Positions 9,534 through 19,940 of a DNA stretch of 64,000 nt are shown piece after piece. The notes under the pieces were generated by a model. The model made no database searches. It was not told the origin of the DNA and saw nothing but the letters and a program-made list of their open reading frames with translations. Within the stretch, counting starts at the first letter, position 1, and the number at the start of each line of letters is the position of its first letter. Source of the DNA: Myxococcota bacterium (lineage in GTDB: Bacteria; Myxococcota_A; SURF-8; G963663525); NCBI GenBank assembly GCA_963676915.2, contig CAXXVK010000068.1, forward strand, positions 87,210 to 151,209, read 5' to 3'. The position numbers and the translations under genes are program-made.

Positions 9534-10787
9534 TCAACGTCGGTTTTGCCGGTCGAAAATGTGAACCACCAGCCCCGAACGCAGTTTCGGTTCGAACCAG
9601 GTCGATTTCGGGGGCATTACAGCATCGGCGTCGGAGATGTCCATCAGTTGTTCCACCGTTGTGGGGTACATGCCGAAGGCTACCTGATGCGATCCATCCA
9701 GGCAGATGCGCTCCAGCTCCTTGTTGCCTCGAATGCCGCCCACGAAATCGATACGTTCGTTGGTTCGTGGATCGTCGATGCCGAAGAGGTTATCCAGTAC
9801 GTTGCGCTGAAGAATGGAAACGTCCAGGCATTCGATGGGGTCGTCCTCGTGGAGAATCCCGGCGTTTGCTTCGATTCGATACCACTGCTTGTCGAGGAAC
9901 ATATTGAACTGGTGCATGGCGAGTTCGGCCGGTTCGTCGATGGCTTCGACGGTAAAGTTTTCAGCCAGTTTTTCAAGCACTTGGGTGGGAGTCAAGCCGT
10001 TGAGATCTTTAACGGCGCGGTTGTAGGGGAGAATCTGTAGCTGGTCGTGGGGAAACAACACGGCCATGAAGAAATTGTACGCTTCCGTTCCATTATGATC
10101 GGGATTGGCGTTTTTACGCAGTTCCCGAACGCGAGAACCGCTTTTGGCTCGGTGGTGTCCGTCTGCGACGTAAGCGCAGGGAACGTTTTGCATGGAGCTT
10201 TGGACCTGGGCGATCCACTCGGTGTCGGCGACCTTCCAAAAAACGTGTCCGATACCGTCTTCACTGACGAAATCGATGTCCGCCGGTTTTTCGGTGATGG
10301 TGGCGATCAGTCGGTTCAGATCTTCCTGGGATCGGTAGGTCAAAAAGACCGGTCCCGCATTGCAGCCTGTTTCATGCACGTGGCGGGCGCGGTCGTCCTC
10401 TTTGACTTTGCGTGTTTTTTCGTGCTTTTTGATGCGGTTTTCGTCGTAGTCGTCCACGGCACAGACCGTCACGAGACCGGTTTGCTCGTGCTCGCCCATT
10501 TTTTGTCGGTACACATAAAGGCAAGGCGTAGAATCCTGGACGAGATAGCCTTTGTCGATCCAGAGATTGAGGTTCGAAACGGCCTTGGCATACACGTGAT
10601 CGTCGTAGAGGCTGATCGACGGGTCAAGATCGATTTCCGGCTTGGTGATATGCAGGAAACTATAGGAATTGCCCTCGGCCATGACGCGGGCTTCGTCGGA
10701 GTTCATCACGTCGTAAGGCAGGGCTGCCACTTTTTCGGCTAGATCTACAGGGGGTCGGAATCCGGCAAACGGTTTGATCGTCAACAT
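9534..10787 (-). CDS. DUF1015 family protein
   Basis: Start MLTIKPF with a GGAGG RBS; motifs ALPYDV, IKKHEKTR, YVADGHHR, IDFVGGIRG and MPPKSTWFEPKLRSGL. Confidence 0.9.
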   Translation of the reverse strand: MLTIKPFAGFRPPVDLAEKVAALPYDVMNSDEARVMAEGNSYSFLHITKPEIDLDPSISLYDDHVYAKAVSNLNLWIDKGYLVQDSTPCLYVYRQKMGEHEQTGLVTVCAVDDYDENRIKKHEKTRKVKEDDRARHVHETGCNAGPVFLTYRSQEDLNRLIATITEKPADIDFVSEDGIGHVFWKVADTEWIAQVQSSMQNVPCAYVADGHHRAKSGSRVRELRKNANPDHNGTEAYNFFMAVLFPHDQLQILPYNRAVKDLNGLTPTQVLEKLAENFTVEAIDEPAELAMHQFNMFLDKQWYRIEANAGILHEDDPIECLDVSILQRNVLDNLFGIDDPRTNERIDFVGGIRGNKELERICLDGSHQVAFGMYPTTVEQLMDISDADAVMPPKSTWFEPKLRSGLVVHIFDRQNRR

Positions 10788-11049
10788 CGATGGACCTCCA
10801 ATGTCAAACAGGTTTTCTTTCTGACCTAAACGGTCGAACGATGCAGTATTGCCACCGATTCCGGGATTCGTCAACCGTGGAACATTTTTTTCGTGAATGA
10901 TCCGGGATAACGTGAAAAGGTAGGATTTGGGGAGGGAATAAGGGATTTTGCATGGACGTTCGGAAGCGGGTTGCGTTCGCGTGAAAACAGTGTCACGATA
11001 CGTCTAACGAAAACAGGTGGGATTTGCGTAATTGGCAAAGGATGCGGAA

Positions 11050-14000
11050 ATGGTTCGAAGTTTGAGCATCGTGACGGCACTGGTTGTTGGTTTGTGGCTT
11101 ACAGGCTGCGTGAGGTCGTCTGCCTGCCCGGAAGGGTGGGTTGCCAACGCGACGGGCGATTGCATCCCGGTGGGGGACATGGATCTCGATGCAACCGACG
11201 GACTCGTGGATCGGGAGATCATCGGACCTTCCGCCGATACAGACCGCGATGTGGTCGAAACCGAATTACCGCCGGACGATGGGCAGTCCGATTGCCAGAG
11301 CCTGGAAGACTGCTATGTCGGCGAAACCTGCCACATGGTTTACAGCAACGGTGGCAAATGTGCGTTGAAATGTGAGAAAAAGAAAGATTGCCTGCAATTC
11401 GGAGACAATTATTACTGTGACCAGGAGCAAAGCTGTCGCATGGGAGATGAACCGACCTCCTGTCTTGAGACGGGGGATTGCTCCTACAGCATGATTTGTC
11501 ACACCAAACCGGGGCTTTGCGAGATTCCTTGCTTTGATGAAGAAAGCACTTGGTGCCGGGATCGTTTCGGAGCCGAATACTATTGTTCCGGTCAGGGAAC
11601 CTGCGAAAAAGGAACGCCGCAGACGACATGTGTAACGGATTCGGACTGCGAAAATCCGAAAGTCTGCCACGATCAATACGAAGGCGGCACATGCAAGGCT
11701 TTATGCCTGGATACCAGTGAATGCGGAGGCGAAGAGAGCGGGTATTACTGCAATTCTTCCCAACTCTGTGTCCCCGAACACAACAAGGAAAACTGCGAGG
11801 TCGACGACGATTGCCAGATTGGGAAGATCTGCCACCTTCAGGTGGATGGCGGCAAATGCATGAGTCCTTGCGACGAGTTGAGCGATTGCACGTCTTTGGG
11901 ACATTTTCCACCGCTTTTCTGTAATGCGGAAAATCAATGCATTCCCGAGCGACCCGAAGCGGGATGCACAGAAGATGCGCATTGCCTGGTCAATACGATA
12001 TGTCACGATCAACTGGAAAACGGCTTGGGTGCCTGCATCCCCGCATGTGAAAGCCATCTGGACTGCATGAATATGCTCAACCTGCGGGAAGTCAATTGCA
12101 ATGCAATGGGAGAATGTATTCCCGTTACCCAGGGCGGAGACGATGACGAAGACGTCGATGACGATGTAGAGCATCAAGAAACCACCGGCAGCGGCTGCAC
12201 GCCGATTTCCTCCGGGGGAACCTACCGGATCGAACTGGAAAATACGACCACGACCTTCCGCGTAACCTGGAAAGGTTCGCCGTGGGTGAATGAGGATCGT
12301 CCGGTGGAAATCCTGTTGACCGACACACGGACGGGGGTCCGATTCACTGCCGTTTCGTATATTACCGACGGCGGGAATATCGAACCGATCACGCTGCTCT
12401 CGGGAACCTACAGGATTTGGATTCAGAATTACTGGGGACAGAAAGCCCGCATCTACGATCAATACATCATAGAGGGAGAGCAGACCATCGAGTTGGAAGC
12501 GCCTTTTATTCGAATGACTATGGACGTCAAAAAGAACGGCGAAACTTTTCCCGTGCTCGATTCCGACTATCAAGGGCACCTTTACATGAAAGACAGCCTG
12601 ACCTACCAGACGCGCAGTCTGGGTAAAGTCGGCTATCCCGAAAATGCGGACAATCACTTTTCCGAAGAGGTTTTCGCCACCAATTACACCCTGATTTTCG
12701 ATGGTTATCTGGATAACAGTCCAGATAGTCGGCAGATTTACACCATTCGCAGCAACATGGCGGTGGAGTACGAGGAACCCTACGAAGTATCGTTGCTTCT
12801 TGACCTTTCCACGGTGGAAATCGAAGGTGAAGTGACAATCAATGGCGACGTTCCCGAAGAATCCGACGTGTCCAGAGGGGAAATCTGGGTGATCAATCCC
12901 CTGACATCGGACCGTTTTCGTTTCTTGCCGATGGGGGCTTCCGGCAGTGTAGAATTCAGCCGTGAAGTCGTCGCCGATCATTACCGGGTCGGATTTGCTC
13001 CGCCTGGGAACGATGGTGAGGATTACCTGTGGTTGGAGAGCGACTCAAGGGACTGGTTGACGGAACAAAGCGTGGAGATTGATCTTCCACGATACACCTG
13101 GACGGGAGAGGTGCTCAGTTGGGGGCAAAGCCTGCCCGATCATAGGTATCTCGACCGTGGCTCCATTTATGTCACCAATGAAGACACCAATGAGAAAACG
13201 CTGCTCACTCAATTGGGTTTTTCCGGAGATACGGATTTCGAGACCGAACTCGGTCCCGGAACCTACTCTCTTTATTTCGAAGGAAAACTGCTCGACGATC
13301 CTTTTTTCGTCGATCGCAGTTACCCTCGAACCGATCACCGATTGGTGTTTGAAGAAGGAATCGAAATCAGTGGAGATCTGAGCCGCGATATCGATCTTCC
13401 GATTGTTGAGTTGCCGACGACCCTCAAATTCAACGGCGACACACTGGCGTCCGACGATGTCAATGTCAACGAGTATGTCACCATGCGCCGGGGTGGGAGC
13501 TACGACGACATTCCCATCGTACATCTGGGGTCGTATGAGTCTTCTCCCTTCAATACCCGATTGTTTACGGGAACATACAAAGTGCTTTATGCCGGGGACG
13601 ACCTGATGTGTGGGGAGTACCAGACGGCGACTCTCGCGGAAGATGTGGAAGTCAATGCCGAAACGACCGAGTTGGATTTCAACGTGCGGCACAATACGGT
13701 CGAATTGTCGTTTTTCGATGAAAGCGGCGAGAAAACGTTGCAGGAGATGCTTTCCGAATCCCGGTTCGACAGTGCGGAACTGTACGTAATCGATAATGTG
13801 CTACGAAGCCGAGATTTTGCAACGAACGATTACACGGACAACCGGTTTTCGTTTTGCCGTCCTCCTGGAAACTACACGTTCATTCTCCGGTTGAATTTGG
13901 GCAATTACTATCAGGAACATCCGGTCCTGAAAAAGCACGAATTGGTCGAAGACCTCGATGCTTCGATCAACTTGCCCTTTTTATCGATGTCGTTCGAAAT

Positions 14001-14301
14001 GCTGTTGAACGGTGAAAGCATTCCCGATGATATCGCCGGGGCAGGCGAGTTCAGCCGTGGGGACATCCTGTTGCGGGGACGCGATCAGGAATTTTATCGG
14101 ATGCTGAATCTCGAAATCGGAGCCATCGGGCCGGTGGATGGTGAAAACCGGCTGACCGTCGAACTTTTACCTCCCGATACGAACAATGGAAATCCCGCCA
14201 ACTATTATCCCGTGTATGACGTGTATTTCTCTACCGGAAATACCGATGTTTTTCCCATCGTACAATGGGTGAGTATCGGGTGTATCGAAATCATCGAGTA
14301 G
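11050..14301 (+). CDS. Large surface lipoprotein with five 8-Cys repeats and about seven beta-sandwich repeats
   Basis: Lipobox WLTGC; five Cys-rich modules each containing CH; an acidic linker; then ~100-aa repeats with NG...RG.I...GTY signatures. Confidence 0.75.
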   Translation: MVRSLSIVTALVVGLWLTGCVRSSACPEGWVANATGDCIPVGDMDLDATDGLVDREIIGPSADTDRDVVETELPPDDGQSDCQSLEDCYVGETCHMVYSNGGKCALKCEKKKDCLQFGDNYYCDQEQSCRMGDEPTSCLETGDCSYSMICHTKPGLCEIPCFDEESTWCRDRFGAEYYCSGQGTCEKGTPQTTCVTDSDCENPKVCHDQYEGGTCKALCLDTSECGGEESGYYCNSSQLCVPEHNKENCEVDDDCQIGKICHLQVDGGKCMSPCDELSDCTSLGHFPPLFCNAENQCIPERPEAGCTEDAHCLVNTICHDQLENGLGACIPACESHLDCMNMLNLREVNCNAMGECIPVTQGGDDDEDVDDDVEHQETTGSGCTPISSGGTYRIELENTTTTFRVTWKGSPWVNEDRPVEILLTDTRTGVRFTAVSYITDGGNIEPITLLSGTYRIWIQNYWGQKARIYDQYIIEGEQTIELEAPFIRMTMDVKKNGETFPVLDSDYQGHLYMKDSLTYQTRSLGKVGYPENADNHFSEEVFATNYTLIFDGYLDNSPDSRQIYTIRSNMAVEYEEPYEVSLLLDLSTVEIEGEVTINGDVPEESDVSRGEIWVINPLTSDRFRFLPMGASGSVEFSREVVADHYRVGFAPPGNDGEDYLWLESDSRDWLTEQSVEIDLPRYTWTGEVLSWGQSLPDHRYLDRGSIYVTNEDTNEKTLLTQLGFSGDTDFETELGPGTYSLYFEGKLLDDPFFVDRSYPRTDHRLVFEEGIEISGDLSRDIDLPIVELPTTLKFNGDTLASDDVNVNEYVTMRRGGSYDDIPIVHLGSYESSPFNTRLFTGTYKVLYAGDDLMCGEYQTATLAEDVEVNAETTELDFNVRHNTVELSFFDESGEKTLQEMLSESRFDSAELYVIDNVLRSRDFATNDYTDNRFSFCRPPGNYTFILRLNLGNYYQEHPVLKKHELVEDLDASINLPFLSMSFEMLLNGESIPDDIAGAGEFSRGDILLRGRDQEFYRMLNLEIGAIGPVDGENRLTVELLPPDTNNGNPANYYPVYDVYFSTGNTDVFPIVQWVSIGCIEIIE

Positions 14302-14363
14302 GCAACGGGACGAAGGCGCGTTCGATCCATGAGTTCCCCTGTTTGGAACCATTTCTGCTTTGT

Positions 14364-14392
14364 TTGGACATCCTTAACGACTATGCTATACT
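14364..14392 (+). promoter_or_regulatory. Putative sigma70 promoter (extended -10)
   Basis: TTGGAC-17 bp-TATACT, preceded by TGn, upstream of the GspE-like gene. Confidence 0.4.
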
Positions 14393-14584
14393 CCGAAAAC
14401 GAATCGGGAAATAGCAAGGACGCCAGGAGTGTTTCATAAATTCTTGGACGTTGATGCTGGACTTTTGACGGGGAATTGGGCTATACCGTGTCAAAAGCAA
14501 CCTTTTCGCTTCTGAATCGAAAAATGAATTAACGGGTTCGGCCCTCTCCCGAGAGCGGTCTTAGTCGGCGGGAACATCGGGTAC

Positions 14585-17182
14585 ATGATCAATCAAGTCA
14601 ATTATCAGATCATCGATCAATTGATCAAGCGGGGAAATGTTCGGGAAGAAGCCGAGCCGATTTTGATCAAGTACCTTGAAGAGGAATCCGATCCTGGCCC
14701 CAATACTTTTCTCACGTCCCTCATTAAAAAATTCAGTGTCAAAGATGCAGATCTGAGAAATATTGTTTCGGCGCTTTATAAATTGCCCAAAGTCGAACTC
14801 AGTCGTGTGGAGCCTTCCCGAGAGGCACTGCGTTTGCTGACACATTCCGTCTGCAATAAATTCCTCATCGTGCCTTTCAATCTGGAGCACGACACGATTC
14901 ACGTCGCGACCTTCAATCCCGGAAATCTAGAAGCGGATGATACCGTTCAGGCTCTTACGGGACGTCGCCCCGTCAATTTCGTGTGTTCCTACACCGAAAT
15001 CAGGGATGCGATCAGCGAGCATTTTCGGATCGAGCAATCGTTTGCGAAATTTCTGGAAGAAGAAGCATTGGAGCAGTCCGCTATCGAGCCTGTCCTGAAA
15101 CAGGCCGAAAACAATGAGCTTTTCAAGCCCGATCCCGCTTCCGAAGTCTCCCGATTGATTCAAAAGCTTATCACCAAAGGACTTCGTTCCAAAGCCAGCG
15201 AAATTCATTTCGAAACCCGCGAATCGGAAATGCTGGTCCGGTTGATGATCGACGGCGACTCGTACGATATCGTTTCGTTGCCTCAAAGGTTCAAGAAAGT
15301 CGTTCCCGGTCATTTGCTGGCTCTGGCCGGTATTATCGTGACCGATGTCGAAAGTCTGAGGCACCGAAATGTGAAAATTCAGATCGGTGGAAAAGGAGAG
15401 TTCACCGATGCCCGAATTTCCCATTTTTCCATGGGATTACGGGAACGTTGGGTGGTGCGTCTGCCGGAACCGAATGTCTGGAACAGATCCTTGTTCGAAT
15501 TGGGATTCAGTAAATCGACTCTGACCAAATATTTAAGTGCCATCGTGAAGAAGCCGGGGTTGGTGCTTGTAACTTCTCCCAAGGGAACGGGAAAAACCAC
15601 GACCCTTTATGCGACCATCAAGCACATTCAGGAGAAAAAAAATCCCACGATCGTCAGTGTGGAACAATACTTCGAATACCTGCTGGAAGATATCAACCAG
15701 TTTATCGTCAATGAAGCCAAAGGAAATTCCTATCCCAAGCTCATTCGCTCTTTGATCGAAGACAAGCCCGATTTCATGATGGTGGACAGCATCCACGACA
15801 AAGAGACGGTCGAACAGATTTTCGACGCGATTTCACAGGGGATTTCCGTCATTGCCGGGTTCGAGTGCGAATCCACTTCTCATGCGATTCCGTTGCTGGT
15901 TCGCATGGGATTCCCCAAGCAGTTGATTTCCTCCAACGTGCGAGGAGTCTTGGGGCAACGGTTGGTTAAAAGGATCTGTACCCATTGCGTTCGTGATTTC
16001 GAACCTTCTCAGAAAGAATACAACCTTCTCGAATCTCTGGGACGTACGGATTTGAAACAGGTTCGTGCGGGAATCGGTTGTGACAATTGCCGCCAGACCG
16101 GATATTTCGGACGTACCGGTGTATTTGAATTCATGAGGGCGTCTCAAGGAGTGCGTAAAGTCATTTTCAATTCTCCTGACCCGCAAACCATAGAAAATCA
16201 GGCGATTCAGGAAGGTATGAAAACCTCGGTTCATTATGCCTACTTGAAAGCCTTGAAAGGCTTGACGACGCTTAGCGAAGCGTTCAACGCCGTAGGTCCG
16301 TTTATCGGTCATACATCCACCGCCACTGACAACACTGTCATGATCGATATGGACAACAATCCCAACAACGAGACGGCAGCTATCGAAACGATACAGCCGG
16401 ATAAACTCGAACCGGCACCCGATGGTATTGAGCTCGTTAGGGAAGATCCATTGGAGCAAAATCAATTGGTGCGTGGACCGGGCGGAGATGCCAAGCCCAT
16501 CGAACGGAACACCCCTCCCAGCAATCAGGACATGGCCATCGCTTTCGAGCAAATCGTTGAGGTTGGTGGAAGTGACCCGGAGATTCCTTTAGGCGCACCT
16601 AATCCCTCCTATCCCGAGTTCCCCGTACCGGAACCTTATGGAAGCATGGATGTGGATGAAGAACCGCTGATGGATCTTGAACCGCTGGAAGAAGATTACG
16701 GCAACCAAACTCCTTATGCTGGCCTGCCGATCGTTGGGGATGATGACAATTACCAAAGCGGACAGATCGATGTTCTGCCGGAGGCGAAAGCCGATCGTTT
16801 GTATCGTGTGCTGACCTGCGACGAAGATCCGACCGTTCGTACCGCCATGAAGCAGATCCTTGAATCGACGGGGATGTTTGAAGTCTACGAAGCCGAAGAC
16901 GGTTCGGAGGGATTGCACAAAGTTTTCAAGCTTGCACCCGATATTTTCATTCTAGAACTCGGCGTGCCCCACCTCTCGGGTTTCCAACTTCTCGAAATGA
17001 TTCGAAACAACCAGGAATTGGAAAACATGCTGGTGGTCATCGTCACCAGCGATCCGGAAGAAAGCGACGAAGTGGCTGCATTCAATATCGGAGCGGATGA
17101 ATACTTGCGAAAACCCGTTTCTCCCGATATCTTTCTAGCTAGAGTCAATCGACTGTTGAAACGGACCGGTAGCGGCTATTGA
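14585..17182 (+). CDS. GspE/PilB-family ATPase-like protein with degenerate catalytic motifs, fused to a C-terminal receiver domain
   Basis: ASEIHFE, Walker A SPKGTGKTTT, GQRLVKRIC, CTHC...CDNC, TGYFGRTGVFE; C-terminal REC fold ending GADEYLRKP. Confidence 0.85.
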   Translation: MINQVNYQIIDQLIKRGNVREEAEPILIKYLEEESDPGPNTFLTSLIKKFSVKDADLRNIVSALYKLPKVELSRVEPSREALRLLTHSVCNKFLIVPFNLEHDTIHVATFNPGNLEADDTVQALTGRRPVNFVCSYTEIRDAISEHFRIEQSFAKFLEEEALEQSAIEPVLKQAENNELFKPDPASEVSRLIQKLITKGLRSKASEIHFETRESEMLVRLMIDGDSYDIVSLPQRFKKVVPGHLLALAGIIVTDVESLRHRNVKIQIGGKGEFTDARISHFSMGLRERWVVRLPEPNVWNRSLFELGFSKSTLTKYLSAIVKKPGLVLVTSPKGTGKTTTLYATIKHIQEKKNPTIVSVEQYFEYLLEDINQFIVNEAKGNSYPKLIRSLIEDKPDFMMVDSIHDKETVEQIFDAISQGISVIAGFECESTSHAIPLLVRMGFPKQLISSNVRGVLGQRLVKRICTHCVRDFEPSQKEYNLLESLGRTDLKQVRAGIGCDNCRQTGYFGRTGVFEFMRASQGVRKVIFNSPDPQTIENQAIQEGMKTSVHYAYLKALKGLTTLSEAFNAVGPFIGHTSTATDNTVMIDMDNNPNNETAAIETIQPDKLEPAPDGIELVREDPLEQNQLVRGPGGDAKPIERNTPPSNQDMAIAFEQIVEVGGSDPEIPLGAPNPSYPEFPVPEPYGSMDVDEEPLMDLEPLEEDYGNQTPYAGLPIVGDDDNYQSGQIDVLPEAKADRLYRVLTCDEDPTVRTAMKQILESTGMFEVYEAEDGSEGLHKVFKLAPDIFILELGVPHLSGFQLLEMIRNNQELENMLVVIVTSDPEESDEVAAFNIGADEYLRKPVSPDIFLARVNRLLKRTGSGY

Positions 17183-17205
17183 ATTTTTCGGGAAAGGACA
17201 AAGCA

Positions 17206-17481
17206 ATGGATCTGCCCGAGGAACTGATCCAGGAATACAAATCCGAGTGGCTGGAAATCTTGAACGACCTTTTTCAGCGCTACGAAAGTCAACCCAAAGA
17301 TCCGCAGATTATCTCGGAGGTTCGGCATGCCGCGCACAAATTGGCGGGAACCGGGACGACGTACGGATTTGAGATGATCACCAAGCTTGCCAAACCTGTA
17401 GAGCTTGCTATCGATGGTGGGGAAGATCCAACCGAAGTGATTCGAAACTTGTATGAAATCAAAGACATCCTTTCGAAATAA
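17206..17481 (+). CDS. Stand-alone Hpt (histidine phosphotransfer) protein
   Basis: Small helical protein with AAHKLAGTGTTYG (H-x-L-x-G Hpt motif) and an AAAGGA RBS. Confidence 0.8.
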   Translation: MDLPEELIQEYKSEWLEILNDLFQRYESQPKDPQIISEVRHAAHKLAGTGTTYGFEMITKLAKPVELAIDGGEDPTEVIRNLYEIKDILSK

Positions 17482-17658
17482 TCGCTTGCCGCACCCGGTT
17501 GTTCCATCGAATTCGGCCAAAGTGTTCATCGAATCGGGAGAGTATACCCCGAAAAATGGCACCGATGCTTTTGGGTGGTGTCAATCCTGCGAAAAAGGAA
17601 AAGTCGTTTGAATCGTTATCGAAACAGCTCGAAGGCTTTTGTTGGATCACGCTGGAGA

Positions 17659-19197
17659 ATGCTTCTTGGGACGGGGCTTTTGGCTTGTCTGTTCTGTTTC
17701 CCAAGTGGCGTTGTTTTGGCGCAATCCGGCACGGATCTGCAACTCGCTCCTGTAGCCGAAGGCGGTTGGGACAACGAGGAATGGGACTCGGAAGACTGGG
17801 ACGATAGCCCCCCGGATGTTCCTGCCGAGCAGATCTACACTTACGAACGCTGTCTCGAATTGGCCTTGCGGCAGAATCGTGAAATTCATGCCGCCGATTG
17901 GGAACTGAAAGTTGCCAAAGCCCAGAAAAGCGAAGGCTGGTGGAGTTGGTGGCCGCAGATCAAAATTCAGTTCGCCGTTTCGCCATCACCCGATTACGAA
18001 ACGCCGTCCCTGGATGACGCCGACGCCTTTTTGCAATACGAAAAAAGCGAGTACAACCCCGGAATCCACGGGGCGACCATGGCGACGAAAGTGTCTATCG
18101 TTCAACCGCTGTACACGTTCGGAAAGTATAGCGCCGCCAAACGCATGGGCGAGCTGGCCTATGAGGCTCGCTATCGTCAGAAGCGGATGAAGAAGAACGA
18201 AATCGCCTATGAAGTGAAAAAGACCTACATTTCACTCGTTTTCGCCGAGCGGATGCTCGATATTCTCAAAGAGGGCAATGGGTACCTGAAAAAGATCGCC
18301 TCCAACCTGGAAGACATGCTTGCCGAGGAATCCGAGCAGGTTACGGAAATCGACGAATACGAGCTACACATCGCTCAAGCGGATTTCGAAGTACGCCAGC
18401 AGGAAGCATTGGCGATGAGGGATTTGTTGCGGAGTTCGTTGAAGCAGTTGGTTGGTCTGCCGGAAGATGCTCCTTTTTATCTGAACAGCCGAAGCATGAA
18501 GACCGATCCCGGATACGAGCGAGAGTTGGATGACCTGTTCCCCGTGATGATTGCGAACCGGCCTGATTTCAAGGCATTGAAAGCGTCCCTGAAACTGACC
18601 GAACAGCGTAAAAAGCTGGAATTCGCGCAGTTTTTCCCGGATTTCGTGTTCGGCTTCGACTGGAAGAACGTCTATTCTCCGACGATGGCCGACATCAAGC
18701 ATCCCTACCTTTCCGATCCCTACAATTCCAACGGCTATGTGGCTTATCTCGGTGTGCAGTACATTTTCGATCTTCCTTTGCAACTCGCCCGTTATGACCA
18801 GGCAGCGGCACGTTTGGAAAAAGAGCGTGAGACCAAAAAGTTGCTGGAAGAAAAGATGGGCTTGCAACTCAAGCAAGCATATCTAAACTGGAAAAAGAAC
18901 GAAGCCAGCATGGGTGCATTGACGACGGCCAAGCGTTCGGGAAAAAAATGGATCGTTTCGGAGATGTTATCCTACAGCGCGGGATTGTTGGAAACCGGCG
19001 ATGTCATCAAGGCGCTGAAAAACTATTTCTCCAGTCAATTCAGCTACTTCAACGGGGTGTACAACCATAACGTTTCGTTGGCCAAACTGGATATGCTGCT
19101 TGGGGAAAAACTGCAAAGTTTCGATGAAACCCCGAAAAAGACGAACGATTTGTCAAAGGATCGTTCCTCTGAAAACAACCTATCGAATAGAGAGTAA
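17659..19197 (+). CDS. TolC-family outer-membrane efflux protein
   Basis: Signal peptide, CLELALRQN, QPLYTFGK, two helical OEP repeats and the C-terminal YNHNVSLAKLD. Confidence 0.85.
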   Translation: MLLGTGLLACLFCFPSGVVLAQSGTDLQLAPVAEGGWDNEEWDSEDWDDSPPDVPAEQIYTYERCLELALRQNREIHAADWELKVAKAQKSEGWWSWWPQIKIQFAVSPSPDYETPSLDDADAFLQYEKSEYNPGIHGATMATKVSIVQPLYTFGKYSAAKRMGELAYEARYRQKRMKKNEIAYEVKKTYISLVFAERMLDILKEGNGYLKKIASNLEDMLAEESEQVTEIDEYELHIAQADFEVRQQEALAMRDLLRSSLKQLVGLPEDAPFYLNSRSMKTDPGYERELDDLFPVMIANRPDFKALKASLKLTEQRKKLEFAQFFPDFVFGFDWKNVYSPTMADIKHPYLSDPYNSNGYVAYLGVQYIFDLPLQLARYDQAAARLEKERETKKLLEEKMGLQLKQAYLNWKKNEASMGALTTAKRSGKKWIVSEMLSYSAGLLETGDVIKALKNYFSSQFSYFNGVYNHNVSLAKLDMLLGEKLQSFDETPKKTNDLSKDRSSENNLSNRE

Positions 19198-19224
19198 GTG
19201 CTATCGATTTGCACAGATGAGGTC

Positions 19225-19926
19225 ATGATGAAAACTGCCGTTCGTTTGTTGTCTGTAATGCTGCTTTTGGCTTTGGCCGGTTTCGGAGCTTTTGCAAACG
19301 CCGCCGAGGAAGCTGCTCCCGAAAAAGCCGCTGCAACGGAGTCCACCGCTTCGAAAATTCCCGAAGGAGCCGCCTTGCAGCTGCTCCGGGTCAAGGAACT
19401 GGAACTGCGGAAGATCCTCAGCGTTGCCACCAAGCCGAATACACCGGCTCATGAGGAAAAGAAGAAGAAAATCAAGAAGATGATCGACGAGCTTTTTGAT
19501 TTCAACGAGTTGGGACGGCGTTCGCTCGGACGGCATTGGAAACCCCGTACGCCGGAAGAGCGGCAGGACTTTCTCGTTACCTTGCGGGCGCTTGTCGAGA
19601 AAAACTACCTGATGCGCATTGCCGATCAGACCACGTACACCGCTCAGTTTTTCGGTGAATTCCAGGGACGTTCCGGCCCTGAAGTCCGCCTGCGTGTGAC
19701 CAGTGGCGTTCACAAATACAAAATGGAATATAAGCTTTTCGAACGGGACGGAAGATTGTATATTTATGATATGGTTATCGACGACGTATCCGTCGTGCGC
19801 AACTACCGTTCTCAGTTCAATCGGATCATCAAAAAGGAAGGTTTCCCGGTTCTGATGGAAAAGATGAAAAAGAAACTGACCGAGGAAGACGATCCAAAGA
19901 AAAAGGACGTGCACGACAAACTGTAA
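19225..19926 (+). CDS. mlaC: MlaC/Ttg2D-family periplasmic lipid-binding protein
   Basis: FDFNELGRRSLGRHW and IYDMVIDDVSVVRNYRSQFNRIIKKEGF. Confidence 0.82.
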   Translation: MMKTAVRLLSVMLLLALAGFGAFANAAEEAAPEKAAATESTASKIPEGAALQLLRVKELELRKILSVATKPNTPAHEEKKKKIKKMIDELFDFNELGRRSLGRHWKPRTPEERQDFLVTLRALVEKNYLMRIADQTTYTAQFFGEFQGRSGPEVRLRVTSGVHKYKMEYKLFERDGRLYIYDMVIDDVSVVRNYRSQFNRIIKKEGFPVLMEKMKKKLTEEDDPKKKDVHDKL

Positions 19927-19940
19927 TTCGTGGGAGGCCG

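Noticed and set aside
11290-12120. Cys/His repeats as heme-c binding sites
   Set aside because: The spacing is C-x5-CH, not CxxCH, and the even Cys counts fit disulfide-bonded modules.
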